Source: an uncultured Chloroflexia bacterium (GTDB lineage: Bacteria > Chloroflexota > Dehalococcoidia > DSTF01 > WHTK01). From it: 64,000 bases of DNA. This document shows positions 27,893-42,514 of this stretch, one piece after another (the stretch's first letter is position 1; every line of letters begins with the position of its first letter). The position numbers were made by a program, and so were the translations under genes. The stretch lies in assembly GCA_963731765.1 (NCBI GenBank), contig CAVSWS010000004.1:26670-90669 (forward strand). The letters run 5' to 3'. A model generated the notes under the pieces. The model was given only the letters and a program-made list of their open reading frames with translations, was not told the origin of the DNA and ran no database searches.

Positions 27893-28840
27893 ATGAATCG
27901 CCGTGGCAGGCCGAGGACGGCGGACGTGCTGACACCTCGCGAGTACGAGGTGCTAGCGCTGATCCGGGACGGGCTGTCGAACCGGGAGATCGCGGAGCGT
28001 CTGGGCATCTCGCTGGCCGGGGCGAAGTTCCACGTCTCGGAGATCATCAGCAAGCTCGGCGTTTCGAACCGGGAAGAGGCGGCGCAGTGGCGGGGAGAGC
28101 GTGGGCTGCCGGTGTTGTTGCCCCTGTTCTGGCTAAAGCGCAGCCTGGGCCATGGGCTGATTCGGATAGTATCGCTGGTTGCGTTTGCGACTGCGTCCTT
28201 GCTGGTACTCGCCCTCGTCGTAGCGCACGCTCGCGGACCAGGAAGCTCGGCATTGTCGTCCGACAAGGATGACGCGGACCTTGGGGCGGTAATGCAAGGT
28301 CTCCTGCCGCCCAGCGATGAGCGCTACGTGGGTCCCATCGGCCGCCTCGCGGCGATGGATGGGGACGTGCTGACCATTGTCGATGGTGAAGGTGATCACC
28401 TGGTAGTGGCGGACGATGCGACGATCCTGAGCCGGCCCAGCGGGCATCAGTGGGCAACCGACCGCGATCTTTCGCGTCTCCGGATAGGAGATTCCGTTGC
28501 GGTCGCGGGTCATCGCCAGCCGGATGGATCTCTGCTTGCCGTCGTGCTCAGCGCAAACGCCTTCGTGACGCACGACGGCATCATCACGTCCCGCGCGCAG
28601 GACTACATGGACGTGCGTCTGCGGCTGGACCGGCTGTCTACGGAGTACGCGGAGGACTCGACGCGCGTATGGTTTGCTCCCGGCCTGAATGTCGAACAAC
28701 TAAGGCCCCTGGGTGGGAAAGAGCCGAGAAGTGTAGGTGATCTGCAGGTCGGAACGTGGGTTTCGTTCCAAGGCTTCTTTGCGGACAACGGCGATTGGGT
28801 GGCACTCTACGTGTACGTCACTGACCGCAGCGGTCCCTAG
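27893..28840 (+). CDS. Membrane-spanning LuxR-HTH regulator with two extracytoplasmic DUF5666-like domains
   Basis: LTPREYEVLALIRDGLSNREIAERLGIS...KFHVSEIISKLGV; TM IVSLVAFATASLLVLALVVA; two G..LT...L.(I/V)G..V...G....G repeats. Confidence 0.8.
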   Translation: MNRRGRPRTADVLTPREYEVLALIRDGLSNREIAERLGISLAGAKFHVSEIISKLGVSNREEAAQWRGERGLPVLLPLFWLKRSLGHGLIRIVSLVAFATASLLVLALVVAHARGPGSSALSSDKDDADLGAVMQGLLPPSDERYVGPIGRLAAMDGDVLTIVDGEGDHLVVADDATILSRPSGHQWATDRDLSRLRIGDSVAVAGHRQPDGSLLAVVLSANAFVTHDGIITSRAQDYMDVRLRLDRLSTEYAEDSTRVWFAPGLNVEQLRPLGGKEPRSVGDLQVGTWVSFQGFFADNGDWVALYVYVTDRSGP

Positions 28841-28908
28841 TGATCCATTTGGCCGCACCGGCCCGGTTTTGCTTCGCTCTAAGGACGTGGCGTTGCTAGA
28901 CTTAGAGC

Positions 28909-30123
28909 GTGGCGGGATTTGACGTTGCAATCGTAGGCGCTGGGCCTTCGGGTAGCACTGCTGCGTACCATTTGGCGCGCGCGGGCGCCCGTGTCGTCAT
29001 TCTCGACCGTGCTGAATTCCCGCGCGAGAAGCCCTGCGGCGGCGGCGTTACTGCGAGAGCGTTCGAGCGCGCACCGGTCGACATCACGCCCGTCGTGGAG
29101 CAGATCGTCACAAAGGTGCGCTTCAGCTACAAGCTGGGTAAGTTCTTCGACTACGAGTACAACGTCGGCCTGCCCGGCGCGGAAGAGCCCCAGAACCTCG
29201 TGTACATGACCCAGCGGGTTCGACTCGACGAGTTTCTCCTCAACAACGCGTGCGAGGCGGGCGCGGAGTTCCGGGGCGGCGCGATAGTGCGCGGCGTGCA
29301 GATGGACCGCGACAGCGTCACGGTCGAGGTCGATGGTGAGGACGTCGAGGCTTCGGTGCTGATCGGCGCCGACGGCGCGAACGGCATCGTGGCGCGCAGC
29401 GTGGGGCTCAAGCCCGTGACCGACCCGCCCGTGGCCCTGGAAGCGCAGTTCCCGTACTCGACCGATGACATCCCGGACGAATGGTCGCACGTGCTGGCGC
29501 TGGAGCTCGGCAGCATGTCGGGCGGGTACGGCTGGTCGTTCCCCAAGGCGGACCACTTCAACGTGGGGTGCGGCGGCTACCACAGCGAGGGCGGCAAGCT
29601 GCGCCAGCACCTTTACGAGTTGCAGAACCACTACCGGCTGGGCGCGCTGCCGACGCGAAACATCCGCGGCCACCACCTGCCGACACGCGATGAAGGTGCG
29701 CCTATCGTGCGCGGCCGGACGTTGCTGGTCGGCGATGCAGCGGGCCTCGTGGACCCGATGTCGGGCGAGGGCATCTACTCGGCGTTCGTGAGCGGCCACC
29801 TGGCGGCGGCGCGACTGCTGCGCTTCCTCGACGGCAAGGACCCCGACCTGTGGTCCTACGAGGCGGCGATCGAGCGCGAAATCATGTCGGACATTCGCGC
29901 GGCCAAGGTGCTGCGAGACGCCTACCACTACACGCCCTGGCCCAGCTACTTCATGCTCAAGCGCAGCGAGAAGATGCGCGAGATGCTCTGCCAGCTGATC
30001 ACGGGCGAGCGGACGTACCGGGGCTTCTTCCGCCAGCTCGGGCCGCTCGCGTACGTGCTGCGCTACTGGGCATCTCGCGGCCGCAAGGCGCACCTGGCGG
30101 CTGAGGCAGCCGCCGCGAACTGA
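28909..30123 (+). CDS. Geranylgeranyl reductase-family FAD oxidoreductase
   Basis: IVGAGPSGS, REKPCGGG, IGADGANG, GYGWSFPK, LVGDAAGLVDPMSGEGIY. Confidence 0.93.
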   Translation: MAGFDVAIVGAGPSGSTAAYHLARAGARVVILDRAEFPREKPCGGGVTARAFERAPVDITPVVEQIVTKVRFSYKLGKFFDYEYNVGLPGAEEPQNLVYMTQRVRLDEFLLNNACEAGAEFRGGAIVRGVQMDRDSVTVEVDGEDVEASVLIGADGANGIVARSVGLKPVTDPPVALEAQFPYSTDDIPDEWSHVLALELGSMSGGYGWSFPKADHFNVGCGGYHSEGGKLRQHLYELQNHYRLGALPTRNIRGHHLPTRDEGAPIVRGRTLLVGDAAGLVDPMSGEGIYSAFVSGHLAAARLLRFLDGKDPDLWSYEAAIEREIMSDIRAAKVLRDAYHYTPWPSYFMLKRSEKMREMLCQLITGERTYRGFFRQLGPLAYVLRYWASRGRKAHLAAEAAAAN

Positions 30124-30167
30124 ACTCAAACCTTCATCATGGACTGGAGTACTGGGCATAGCATGCC

Positions 30168-30183
30168 ATACACTGTTGTGTAT
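30168..30183. promoter_or_regulatory. Probable RHH antitoxin operator
   Basis: Inverted repeat ATACAC-TGTT-GTGTAT just upstream of the antitoxin SD. Confidence 0.55.
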
Positions 30184-30198
30184 ACAGGAGTGTGTGCC

Positions 30199-30453
30199 AT
30201 GACCACCGAACGGCTTGCGGTCAGATTAGATCGGGAGCACAAGCGGAAACTGAGTGAACTCGCCGAGCGTGAAGGAGTCCCCATCTCAGAGGTAGTTCGA
30301 CGCCTGATCGACAATGCATGGGAGATCGACAGACGGTCGTATCTCTTGAAGCTTGTAGACGAGATGGCGACACTGAACATCGAGGATGTTCCTGATCCGG
30401 ATGAACTCTCGCGAGAGCTTGCAGTGAAGTATGACTTCGAGCACCTTTGTTGA
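30199..30453 (+). CDS. Ribbon-helix-helix antitoxin (VapB/CopG-like)
   Basis: SD AGGAG; RLAVRLDREHKRKLSELAEREGVPISEVVRRLI; overlaps the PIN gene by 23 nt. Confidence 0.85.
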   Translation: MTTERLAVRLDREHKRKLSELAEREGVPISEVVRRLIDNAWEIDRRSYLLKLVDEMATLNIEDVPDPDELSRELAVKYDFEHLC

Positions 30454-30877
30454 TACCAACGTTCCGATTTATGCCTCGGGCTCCGCGCATCCTTTGAAGG
30501 CACCGTGCCTTGAGATACTACGAATCATCATCGACAATGAGTCCGCATTCGTGACTGATGCGGAGGTCTTGCAAGAAATTCTCCACCGATATCTCGGCAT
30601 TCGTCGCCTGGAGAATGGCATTCGAACACTTGCCGACTTCTCCGAAGTAATGCGAGGCCGGATCGAATCCATTGTTGCCGTCGACGTTCTGACAGCTGGC
30701 GCATTGGCACCACAATTCATTCGCCTCAGCGCGCGTGACCTCATACACCTCGCTGTCATGCGCCGCATTGGCGTAACGCGCATCGTGTCTGCGGACGGTG
30801 GCTTCGATGGCGTTTCCGGTATCGAGCGACTGGACCCGGCTCGGCTGGATGAGTGGCGCGACAGAGTTACCGACTGA
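30431..30877 (+). CDS. vapC: PIN-domain toxin
   Basis: FVDTNV, VLQEI, ARDLIH, IVSADGGFD acidic tetrad. Confidence 0.9.
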   Translation: MTSSTFVDTNVPIYASGSAHPLKAPCLEILRIIIDNESAFVTDAEVLQEILHRYLGIRRLENGIRTLADFSEVMRGRIESIVAVDVLTAGALAPQFIRLSARDLIHLAVMRRIGVTRIVSADGGFDGVSGIERLDPARLDEWRDRVTD

Positions 30878-30884
30878 CCGGCTC

Positions 30885-31352
30885 TTACTTCTGCTTCACC
30901 GGCCAGTAGACGATGGTCTGGGTCTGCTCCGGCGGCGCCTCCGGGCCGGTAAGGTATTCCTCCCACATCGGCGCGCCCATCTCGATCGCTTCGCCCAACG
31001 CTTCAGTCTGCTCCGCAAGGGCGGCGTAGGCCTCCGGCAGGGTCTCGTAAGGGCCGACATGCGTCGTAGTGGCGACGCGGCCGGCGGGCAGTTCGAAGGG
31101 CAGGACGGTGCCGTTGCCTTCGATGGGCGCAGCGAGGATGAAGCCGGCTCGGACGTCGAAGCGCTCATCGCCGAGCTGCTCGTAGTAGCCGATGGCGGGG
31201 CCGGCGATCTGCGCGTTCGTCTCGGTTACGTATTGCATGACGGCGGCGAAGGCCTCTCCTATCTTCTGGCCCATCTCCGGTACGCCGGCAGTGAAGAGGA
31301 CGACCGCCGCGGTCTTCGCGGCGACTTCCTTGATTTCGACTTTGTACGGCAT
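30885..31352 (-). CDS. GyrI-like small-molecule-binding protein
   Basis: LPAGRVATTTHVGPYETLPEAY...WEEYLTGP...TIVYWPV. Confidence 0.85.
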   Translation of the reverse strand: MPYKVEIKEVAAKTAAVVLFTAGVPEMGQKIGEAFAAVMQYVTETNAQIAGPAIGYYEQLGDERFDVRAGFILAAPIEGNGTVLPFELPAGRVATTTHVGPYETLPEAYAALAEQTEALGEAIEMGAPMWEEYLTGPEAPPEQTQTIVYWPVKQK

Positions 31353-31500
31353 CGTGGTTCCTCCTCACTGAGAGTAGCCGTGCGTGGTTTGGCCTGACAG
31401 GGCCATTAGGGCCGAACGCCTCATCACGGGTCCGCCAGGACAGGTGTCGGCGGAAGGTCTGGAGCATGTCGCGGCTCTGCAGCCTCGCTTTGGGCAACAA

Positions 31501-31529
31501 GAAGGGCCGGTCATCATGACCGGCCCTTC
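31501..31529 (-). terminator. rpoBC terminator
   Basis: 14-bp IR GAAGGGCCGGTCAT/ATGACCGGCCCTTC followed by TTGTTG on the minus strand. Confidence 0.85.
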
Positions 31530-31563
31530 TCTATGAACTAACTACGAACGAACGACTGGAGGA

Positions 31564-35952
<4,389 letters not shown>

Positions 35953-36030
35953 TGGATCCTCCCTTGTAAACCCGATAAGCCCCATGCTGCCCCGGAACCG
36001 ATCGTCCGGGGCAGTCGGTAGTAGTTGTTG

Positions 36031-39000
36031 TTAGAGAACGCCTCGTTCGCTCATGACGTCCTCGTTCTCGAACCCGCTGAGGTTGATGCCGAGGCGAGGC
36101 GTGTCGTCGTCGAGACCTTCGTCCGCAAACAGGACCTCCTCTTCGTCCTCGTTGAGCACTTCGACCGAGAGGCCGAGGCTCTGCAGCTCCTTCACGAGTA
36201 CCTTGAACGATTCCGGAATGCCGGGTTCGAGTACGTCGTCGCCCTTGACGATGGCTTCGTAGGTCTTGACGCGACCGACAACGTCGTCGCTCTTGACCGT
36301 GAGCAGCTCTTGCAGCGTGTGAGCGGCGCCGTAGGCTTCCAGAGCCCAGACCTCCATCTCACCGAAGCGCTGGCCACCCATCTGTGCCTTACCACCCAGC
36401 GGCTGCTGCGTGATGAGGGAGTACGGGCCCGTGCTGCGGGCGTGAATCTTCTCTTCCACCAGGTGGACGAGCTTCAGCATGTAAATCTGACCGATGGTCA
36501 CGGCCTGGTCGAACGGCTCACCGGTGCGGCCATCGAAGATGATCTGGCGGCCGTAGACGGGGGCGGCGAGGCGTCGCTTCATCGACACTTCGTCGGCCAG
36601 CTTCTCCAGCTCGCCAAGGTTCTTGGCGTCCTTGACCTTCTCGCCGATGCTCTCGAGCCAGATGGCGAGGCAGACACGCTTGCCTTCCTCGGGGTGGGAC
36701 TCATCGAACACCTTGTTGAAGTCGTAGCCGCGTTCCTTGAGCCAGTCCTCCATGACCGGTACGTCCAGGTTTTCGCCCCAGTTCGGTGCGTTGACGCTGA
36801 TGCCGGCGTGAATCGCGTCGGCCTCCTGCGCCATCCAGGCCCGGCCGAGAGCGCCTTCGATGCTGATGTCGTCGGCGCCGTCGAACACTGGTGTGACGGC
36901 TCGGAAGCCGAGTACACCGGCGGCCCAACCGAGGTGGGTCTCCAGCACCTGACCAACGTTCATACGGCTAGGAACGCCGATGGGGTTGAGGATGATGTCG
37001 ACCGGCGTGCCGTCCGAGAGGTACGGCATGTCTTCGATGGGCAGGATGCGGGCGATGACGCCCTTGTTGCCGTGACGGCCCGCCATCTTGTCGCCTTCCG
37101 CCAGCTTGCGCTTCTGGGCGATGGAGACTCGCACCAGCTCGTTGACGCCGGCGGGCAACTCGTCGTGGTCTTCGCGGCGGAAGACACGCACGTCGATTAC
37201 CTTGCCGTGCTGGCCGTGCGGCACTCGCAGCGAGGTGTCCTTCACTTCGCGGGCCTTCTCACCGAAGATTGCGCGAAGCAGCTTCTCCTCTGCCGTGAGC
37301 TCCGTTTCACCCTTCGGGGTGATCTTGCCGACGAGGATGTCGCCGGCCTGGACCTCGGCGCCGATGCGGATGATGCCCTCTTCGTCGAGGTCCTTCAGCG
37401 ACTCGTCGCCGACGTTCGGGATGTCGCGCGTGATCTCCTCCGGACCCAGCTTGGTGTCGCGGGCTTCGATCTCGTGCTTCTCGATGTGAATCGAAGAGAA
37501 CTTGTCCTGACGGACGAGCTCCTCAGACAGGATGATGGCGTCCTCGAAGTTGTAGCCCTCCCAGCTCATGAAGGCACACACCACGCTCTGGCCAAGGGCC
37601 AGCTCGCCGTGCTCCGTCGAAGAGCTGTCGATGAGGGTGCTGCCGGCGCTGACGCGGTCGCCCTTGGTCACCAGCGGTCGCTGGTTGAGGCAGGTTGCCG
37701 CGTTGGAACGCAGGAACTTCATCACCGGGTAGGACTCCACGCGTCCGTCGTCGTAGCGCACGTCGACGGAGCGGGCGGTAGAGCTGATCACTTCACCGGG
37801 GCCGTCCGCGATGATCACCTGACCGGAGTCGACAGCGACCTGGCGCTCCGTACCGGTGCCGACCAGCGGGCGCTCCGGGCGCAGCAGAGGCACTGCCTGG
37901 CGCTGCATGTTGGAGCCCATGAGGGCGCGAGGCGCGTCGTCGTGCTCCAGGAACGGGATGAGCGACGTCGCGGTGCTGAGGATCTGCTTCGGCGAGACGT
38001 CCATGAAGTCGATGTTCTCGGGCTCCGTGAACTCGAACTTGTCGCCGTCCCGGACCTCGATCTCGTCGCCGACGAAGTGACCGCGCTCGTCAACGACGGC
38101 GTTGGCCTGGGCAACGATGTAGTTGTCCTCTTCGTCAGCGGAGAGGTAGATGATGTCAAACGAAGCCCACGGCACCACCTGAACATGGCGGGCGCCGTAA
38201 GGCTGCAGGGTCTTCGCCAGCTCCGGCGTGATTTCCTCACCGGCCTTGACGATGACCTTGCCATCGACCTCGAAGTCGTCCCGCACGATGCGGCCCACGA
38301 GGTCCTCTGAGTCTGCCGTCAGCTCCTTGATTACGCGGCGGTAGGGCGTCTCGATGAAGCCGTACTCGTTAATCACGGCGAAGGACGCCAGCGAGACGAT
38401 CAGGCCGATGTTCGGGCCTTCAGGCGTCTCGATGGGGCAGATACGGCCGTAGTGGCTGTGGTGAACGTCTCGCACGTCGAAGCCTGCGTGGTCGCGGGAA
38501 AGACCGCCCGGGCCCAGGGCTGAGAGCTTGCGCTTGTGCGTGAGCTCCGCCAGCGGGTTGGTCTGGTCCATGAACTGCGAGAGCTGCGAACCGCCGAAGA
38601 ACTCCTTCATGGCGGCGACGACGGGCCGGATGTTGATCAGGGCGCTCGGCGTTGCCTGGTCCGGGTCCGTAATCGTCATGCGCTCGCGTACCACGCGCTC
38701 CATGCGCAGGAGGCCGATGCGGAACTGGTTCTGGATCAGCTCGCCGACGGCACGCACGCGGCGGTTGCCGAGGTGGTCGATCTCGTCCGTCTCACCGATG
38801 CCGTTGTTGAGGCGTACGAGCTCCTCCACGATTGCCTTGATGTCGGCGATCGTGAGGGTGCGGTCGCTCAGGTCCGTGTCCTGCTTGAGGCGGCGGTTGA
38901 TCTTGTAGCGGCCGACCTTCAGGAGGTCGTAGCGGCGCGGGTTGAAGAACAGCGAGTTGACCAGCGTGCGGGCGTTCTCCAGCGTTGGCGGGTCGCCCGG

Positions 39001-39798
39001 GCGCATGCGCTTGTAGAAGTCTTCCAGAGCGCGGAGCTTGTTGCCGGTCTTGACCTCCGGCGTCTCCTTGTCGAGGGTCGTGGCGATGTAGTGGTGGTCC
39101 GGGTTGACGTCGACGTCCTGGTACCACTCGAGCATGCGCTCGGCGGTGCCCAGCTCCTGGTCCTTGACGCCTTCGACGGTGTCGATGGCGCGGAGCAGGG
39201 TGGTCACCGGGATCTTGCGCTTGCGGTCGACCTTGACCGAGATCACGTCACGGTTGGAAGTCTCGAACTCCAGCCAGGCGCCGCGGTTCGGGATCACCTT
39301 CGCGAAGGCGAGGCCACGACCGGTGGTCGGGTCCTTCTCCAGCGTGAAGTAGACGCCGGGGGAGCGCACGAGCTGGGACACAACCACGCGCTCGGCGCCG
39401 TTGATGATGAAGGTGCCGGTGGGGGTCATGAGCGGGAAGTCGCCCATGAACAGCTCCTGCTCCTTGACCTCGCCGGTCTCCTTGACGATGAGCTCCACCT
39501 TGACACGCAGCGGCGCGGCGTACGTGGCGTCACGTTCGCGGCACTCTCGTTCGCCGTACTTGGGCTCTCCGAAGGAGTAATCGCCGAAGCGAAGCTCCAT
39601 CTTGGAACCGGTGAAGTCCTGGATGGGCGAAATCTCGTCCAGTAGCTCTCGCAGGCCTTCGCGCAGGAACCAATCGTAGGAGTCCAGCTGGACCTTGATC
39701 AGGTTCGGCATCTCCATGATTTGCGGGATCTTCGAATACCATTTCTCGGAGGCGGGAATGTAATCGCCGAACCGCACAACGTCTCGCGCAAGCGTCAT
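36031..39798 (-). CDS. rpoB: RNA polymerase beta subunit
   Basis: [43 protein letters not shown]. Confidence 0.99.
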   Translation of the reverse strand: MTLARDVVRFGDYIPASEKWYSKIPQIMEMPNLIKVQLDSYDWFLREGLRELLDEISPIQDFTGSKMELRFGDYSFGEPKYGERECRERDATYAAPLRVKVELIVKETGEVKEQELFMGDFPLMTPTGTFIINGAERVVVSQLVRSPGVYFTLEKDPTTGRGLAFAKVIPNRGAWLEFETSNRDVISVKVDRKRKIPVTTLLRAIDTVEGVKDQELGTAERMLEWYQDVDVNPDHHYIATTLDKETPEVKTGNKLRALEDFYKRMRPGDPPTLENARTLVNSLFFNPRRYDLLKVGRYKINRRLKQDTDLSDRTLTIADIKAIVEELVRLNNGIGETDEIDHLGNRRVRAVGELIQNQFRIGLLRMERVVRERMTITDPDQATPSALINIRPVVAAMKEFFGGSQLSQFMDQTNPLAELTHKRKLSALGPGGLSRDHAGFDVRDVHHSHYGRICPIETPEGPNIGLIVSLASFAVINEYGFIETPYRRVIKELTADSEDLVGRIVRDDFEVDGKVIVKAGEEITPELAKTLQPYGARHVQVVPWASFDIIYLSADEEDNYIVAQANAVVDERGHFVGDEIEVRDGDKFEFTEPENIDFMDVSPKQILSTATSLIPFLEHDDAPRALMGSNMQRQAVPLLRPERPLVGTGTERQVAVDSGQVIIADGPGEVISSTARSVDVRYDDGRVESYPVMKFLRSNAATCLNQRPLVTKGDRVSAGSTLIDSSSTEHGELALGQSVVCAFMSWEGYNFEDAIILSEELVRQDKFSSIHIEKHEIEARDTKLGPEEITRDIPNVGDESLKDLDEEGIIRIGAEVQAGDILVGKITPKGETELTAEEKLLRAIFGEKAREVKDTSLRVPHGQHGKVIDVRVFRREDHDELPAGVNELVRVSIAQKRKLAEGDKMAGRHGNKGVIARILPIEDMPYLSDGTPVDIILNPIGVPSRMNVGQVLETHLGWAAGVLGFRAVTPVFDGADDISIEGALGRAWMAQEADAIHAGISVNAPNWGENLDVPVMEDWLKERGYDFNKVFDESHPEEGKRVCLAIWLESIGEKVKDAKNLGELEKLADEVSMKRRLAAPVYGRQIIFDGRTGEPFDQAVTIGQIYMLKLVHLVEEKIHARSTGPYSLITQQPLGGKAQMGGQRFGEMEVWALEAYGAAHTLQELLTVKSDDVVGRVKTYEAIVKGDDVLEPGIPESFKVLVKELQSLGLSVEVLNEDEEEVLFADEGLDDDTPRLGINLSGFENEDVMSERGVL

Positions 39799-39905
39799 TG
39801 TTTGTCGCTCCTCAGCAGGCTCTAGAAATACAGACAGACTGGTTTAAGGGTCGGGCCCTTAGGGGGATGTTGGTGGTGGGGGTAGATTCTGGACAGGATG
39901 AAATG

Positions 39906-39934
39906 AGTATACAATCAGCCCCGGAAGCTGTCAA
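39906..39934 (-). promoter_or_regulatory. Consensus sigma70/sigmaA promoter for rpoBC
   Basis: TTGACA-N17-TATACT about 100 nt upstream of rpoB. Confidence 0.85.
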
Positions 39935-40044
39935 CGGAGCAAATGAGAACGATACCACATTCTGTCAATATGTTCCGGGACACCAGTGAAGGCGAAGCCC
40001 TCGTGACTGGTGCCCCGGAGTGCGACGAACTGCCCGCGGGTCTG

Positions 40045-40434
40045 CTACGCCTCCGTGGCGCCGAAGTCGATGACCTCCCAGCCCTCCACGGCACGTCCGT
40101 CCTGGAAGCGGGCGAGCCAGAAGCCGGTTGCAGTCTCCTGCTTTCCGGTCGGTTGGCGGCCCAGGAAGGCGGCCCGGAGCGTACCCGTGCTACTCCAGCG
40201 CACAGCGACCCTATCACCCTCGGCTATCACGTCGTAGACGGTTGCCTTGCGGTCCGGGTACGCGGCGAGGATGGCTGCCGCGGCTTGCTTCACCTCGTTG
40301 CGCCGCAGGTCCCCGGTGAAGTTGGCGTGGTGCACGTAATCGGGTGAAAAGATCTCGTCCACGACTTCGGGTTTGCGACCATTGATCACCTCATCGAACC
40401 AACGACGTGCGATTGCTTTGTTCTGATCTGACAT
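40045..40434 (-). CDS. SnoaL-like/ester cyclase (NTF2-like) protein
   Basis: NKAIARRWFDEVING...AYPD...IAEGDRVAVRW..TGT...FLGRQPTGK. Confidence 0.88.
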   Translation of the reverse strand: MSDQNKAIARRWFDEVINGRKPEVVDEIFSPDYVHHANFTGDLRRNEVKQAAAAILAAYPDRKATVYDVIAEGDRVAVRWSSTGTLRAAFLGRQPTGKQETATGFWLARFQDGRAVEGWEVIDFGATEA

Positions 40435-40560
40435 TTCGTCCTCCTTCTGCGAGTAATTTCGGTCCGGGAGGATCGCGTGCCATCACAACGTCTGGTAGTT
40501 CTGGACGGCTCAGTCGCCGGGCGCGGCTCAGCCGTATAGCAAGGTCTCTGTAGAAAGGGC

Positions 40561-41580
40561 CTAGATGAGGCGGTTGCGGGAGGCGAAGGCTGTTGCCTCG
40601 GCGCGATTGGCGGCGCCGGTCTTGTCGTAGACGTTGCTGAGGTGGCGCGCCACTGTGTTGCTGCTGATGACTAGCTTATCTGCGATTTCCTGGTTGCTGC
40701 GTCCCGAAGCCACGAGCCGCAGGACTTCCAGCTCTCGCCTCGAAAGCCTCGGCAACGGATGGGGCCTGTCTGCATCGTCCCCTGCCAGGCCCGTCAGAAA
40801 CTCCGAGATCGCCGTGAAGGCTGGCGGTATGTCGTGGTCCTGAGAGCTTGTTGCGGCAAAGGGGTCGAGAATGCGTAGCCGTGCACCCGGAATCGAGGCG
40901 GCCAGCTTCTGTGCTTCGGCGACCATGGGAAAGTTGGGGATGCGTTCGGCCAGGATGAGAGCGGGCAATTGCAGCTTCTCCGCGTCTGCCGCGATCGAGA
41001 GCCGGGTGGCTGCCTGGACTCGCATCGCGAAGTCGGGGCGTTCCACCGAGAGACGCGCCATCTCCGTGGCGATGGAGGCGTCGTCCAGCGGGAAGTAGGC
41101 GCGTCCGGTGGTTGCCAGGAAGTACTCCCAATGGGTACGTGACAGCTCCAGGTGGGCGTGGGCGAAGGAGTCGCGGTAGTCGAGCTGTGGGTTCCAGAGG
41201 ACGAGTGCCTCGACGCGCTCCGGGTGAGCGAGGGCGTACTTCACAGCGATGGAAGCGCTCGTAATTCGGCCGACCAGAACGGCGCGATGGAGGCCCAGCG
41301 TGTCCAGAACGCAATCCAGGTCGATGGCGTAATCCAGTATCGAGAAGTCTTCCGGCAGCCCACGTGAGGACATGCCAGAGCCGCGGTTGTCGAACCGAAC
41401 CAGCCGGTAGTTACGCGACATCGCCTCGAGCAAGGGGCCGTACGTCGCGGAGCCCCATTCGATGCCGATGTGGTTGACGGGCTGAGGCATCAATACCAGG
41501 GGACGTCCTTCACCCGACACCGCATACGCGATGTCGAAGCCATCAGGCGTTCTGAGGTATCGAACAGGTGGAGTATCCAT
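40561..41580 (-). CDS. Alpha/beta-hydrolase-fold sensor fused to LuxR HTH
   Basis: RFDNRGSGMS; nucleophile elbow degenerate (VGRITSAS); C-terminal LSRRELEVLRLVASGRSNQEIADKLVISSNTVARHLSNVYDK. Confidence 0.88.
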   Translation of the reverse strand: MDTPPVRYLRTPDGFDIAYAVSGEGRPLVLMPQPVNHIGIEWGSATYGPLLEAMSRNYRLVRFDNRGSGMSSRGLPEDFSILDYAIDLDCVLDTLGLHRAVLVGRITSASIAVKYALAHPERVEALVLWNPQLDYRDSFAHAHLELSRTHWEYFLATTGRAYFPLDDASIATEMARLSVERPDFAMRVQAATRLSIAADAEKLQLPALILAERIPNFPMVAEAQKLAASIPGARLRILDPFAATSSQDHDIPPAFTAISEFLTGLAGDDADRPHPLPRLSRRELEVLRLVASGRSNQEIADKLVISSNTVARHLSNVYDKTGAANRAEATAFASRNRLI

Positions 41581-41662
41581 TGCAGCGCGCTTCCGGTGGG
41601 ATCAGAGACGCTGGCCCCACTATAGCCGGGCTGTCCAGGTCTCGAGATCTCTCAGGCATCCT

Positions 41663-42514
41663 CTACGCGGCAGCCACGTCCATCTCGAAGCGGGACAGGG
41701 CGCTCGCCAGCTCCGGTGACGGCGAGCGGCCCGAGGTGTAGACGAAGCGCGTGGAGCCACGGTCCGTGCTCTGAGGCGCCCCGAGCAGATCGACGACGCG
41801 CCGGGCTATCGCTTCTGCCGGGTCGACCCACTGCACGGACCAGGGAGCGATGCGCTGGAGCTGCTCCAGCAGCAGCGGGTAGTGGGTGCAGGCGAGCACG
41901 ACCACGTCCGTGCGCCGGCCGTTCTGCTCCTGGAAGCACTCGGCGACTTCGCTGGCGAGCAGCGCTTCGTCGATGGCCTCGCCGTTAAGGGAAGCTTCGG
42001 CCATAGATGCCAGGCGGTCTGAGCCGACGAGCGTGAGGCTGCAGTCCTGAGCGAAGTCGCGGATCAGGCCCTGGGTGTACTCGCGGGTAACGGTGGCGTC
42101 GGTGCCGAGCACGCTGACGAGGCGGCTCTGCGACAGGGCGCAGGCGGGCTTGATCGCGGGGACTGTGCCCACGAACGGTACCTGAAATCGGGCGCGCAGG
42201 GCGGGCAGCACGATGGTCGAGGCCGTGTTGCAGGCGATGACCACGAGGTCGGGTCCGTGCGTTTCGATGAGCTGGCCTACGACGTCGAGGATGCGAGCCG
42301 TCAGCGTGTCTTCGTCGTGGTCTGAGTAGGGGAAGAAGACGTCGTCGGCGGCGTAGACGTAGTCGGCATCGGGGCGGGCGCGCCGGATCTCCCGGAAGAC
42401 CGTGAGACCGCCGAGGCCGGAATCGAAGACGAGGATGCGGGGCTGCGCGCCACCGCGTGTTGAAATGCCCTGCATCGAAGCCTTAGCCGGCGCTCCTTCC
42501 TGGTCTGAGGTCAC
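41663..42514 (-). CDS. murI: Glutamate racemase
   Basis: FDSGLGGLTV, FFPY, IACNTAS, LACTHYP (both catalytic Cys); GTGA overlap with the upstream gene. Confidence 0.93.
   Translation of the reverse strand: MTSDQEGAPAKASMQGISTRGGAQPRILVFDSGLGGLTVFREIRRARPDADYVYAADDVFFPYSDHDEDTLTARILDVVGQLIETHGPDLVVIACNTASTIVLPALRARFQVPFVGTVPAIKPACALSQSRLVSVLGTDATVTREYTQGLIRDFAQDCSLTLVGSDRLASMAEASLNGEAIDEALLASEVAECFQEQNGRRTDVVVLACTHYPLLLEQLQRIAPWSVQWVDPAEAIARRVVDLLGAPQSTDRGSTRFVYTSGRSPSPELASALSRFEMDVAAA

Noticed and set aside
36025-38310. Long antisense ORFs (e.g. 761 aa opposite rpoB, 556 aa opposite rpoC, 72-641 opposite the LLM gene, 23102-23671 opposite the PT repeats)
   Set aside because: Shadow ORFs expected from GC3-rich codon usage on the opposite strand; no motifs, SD or promoter.
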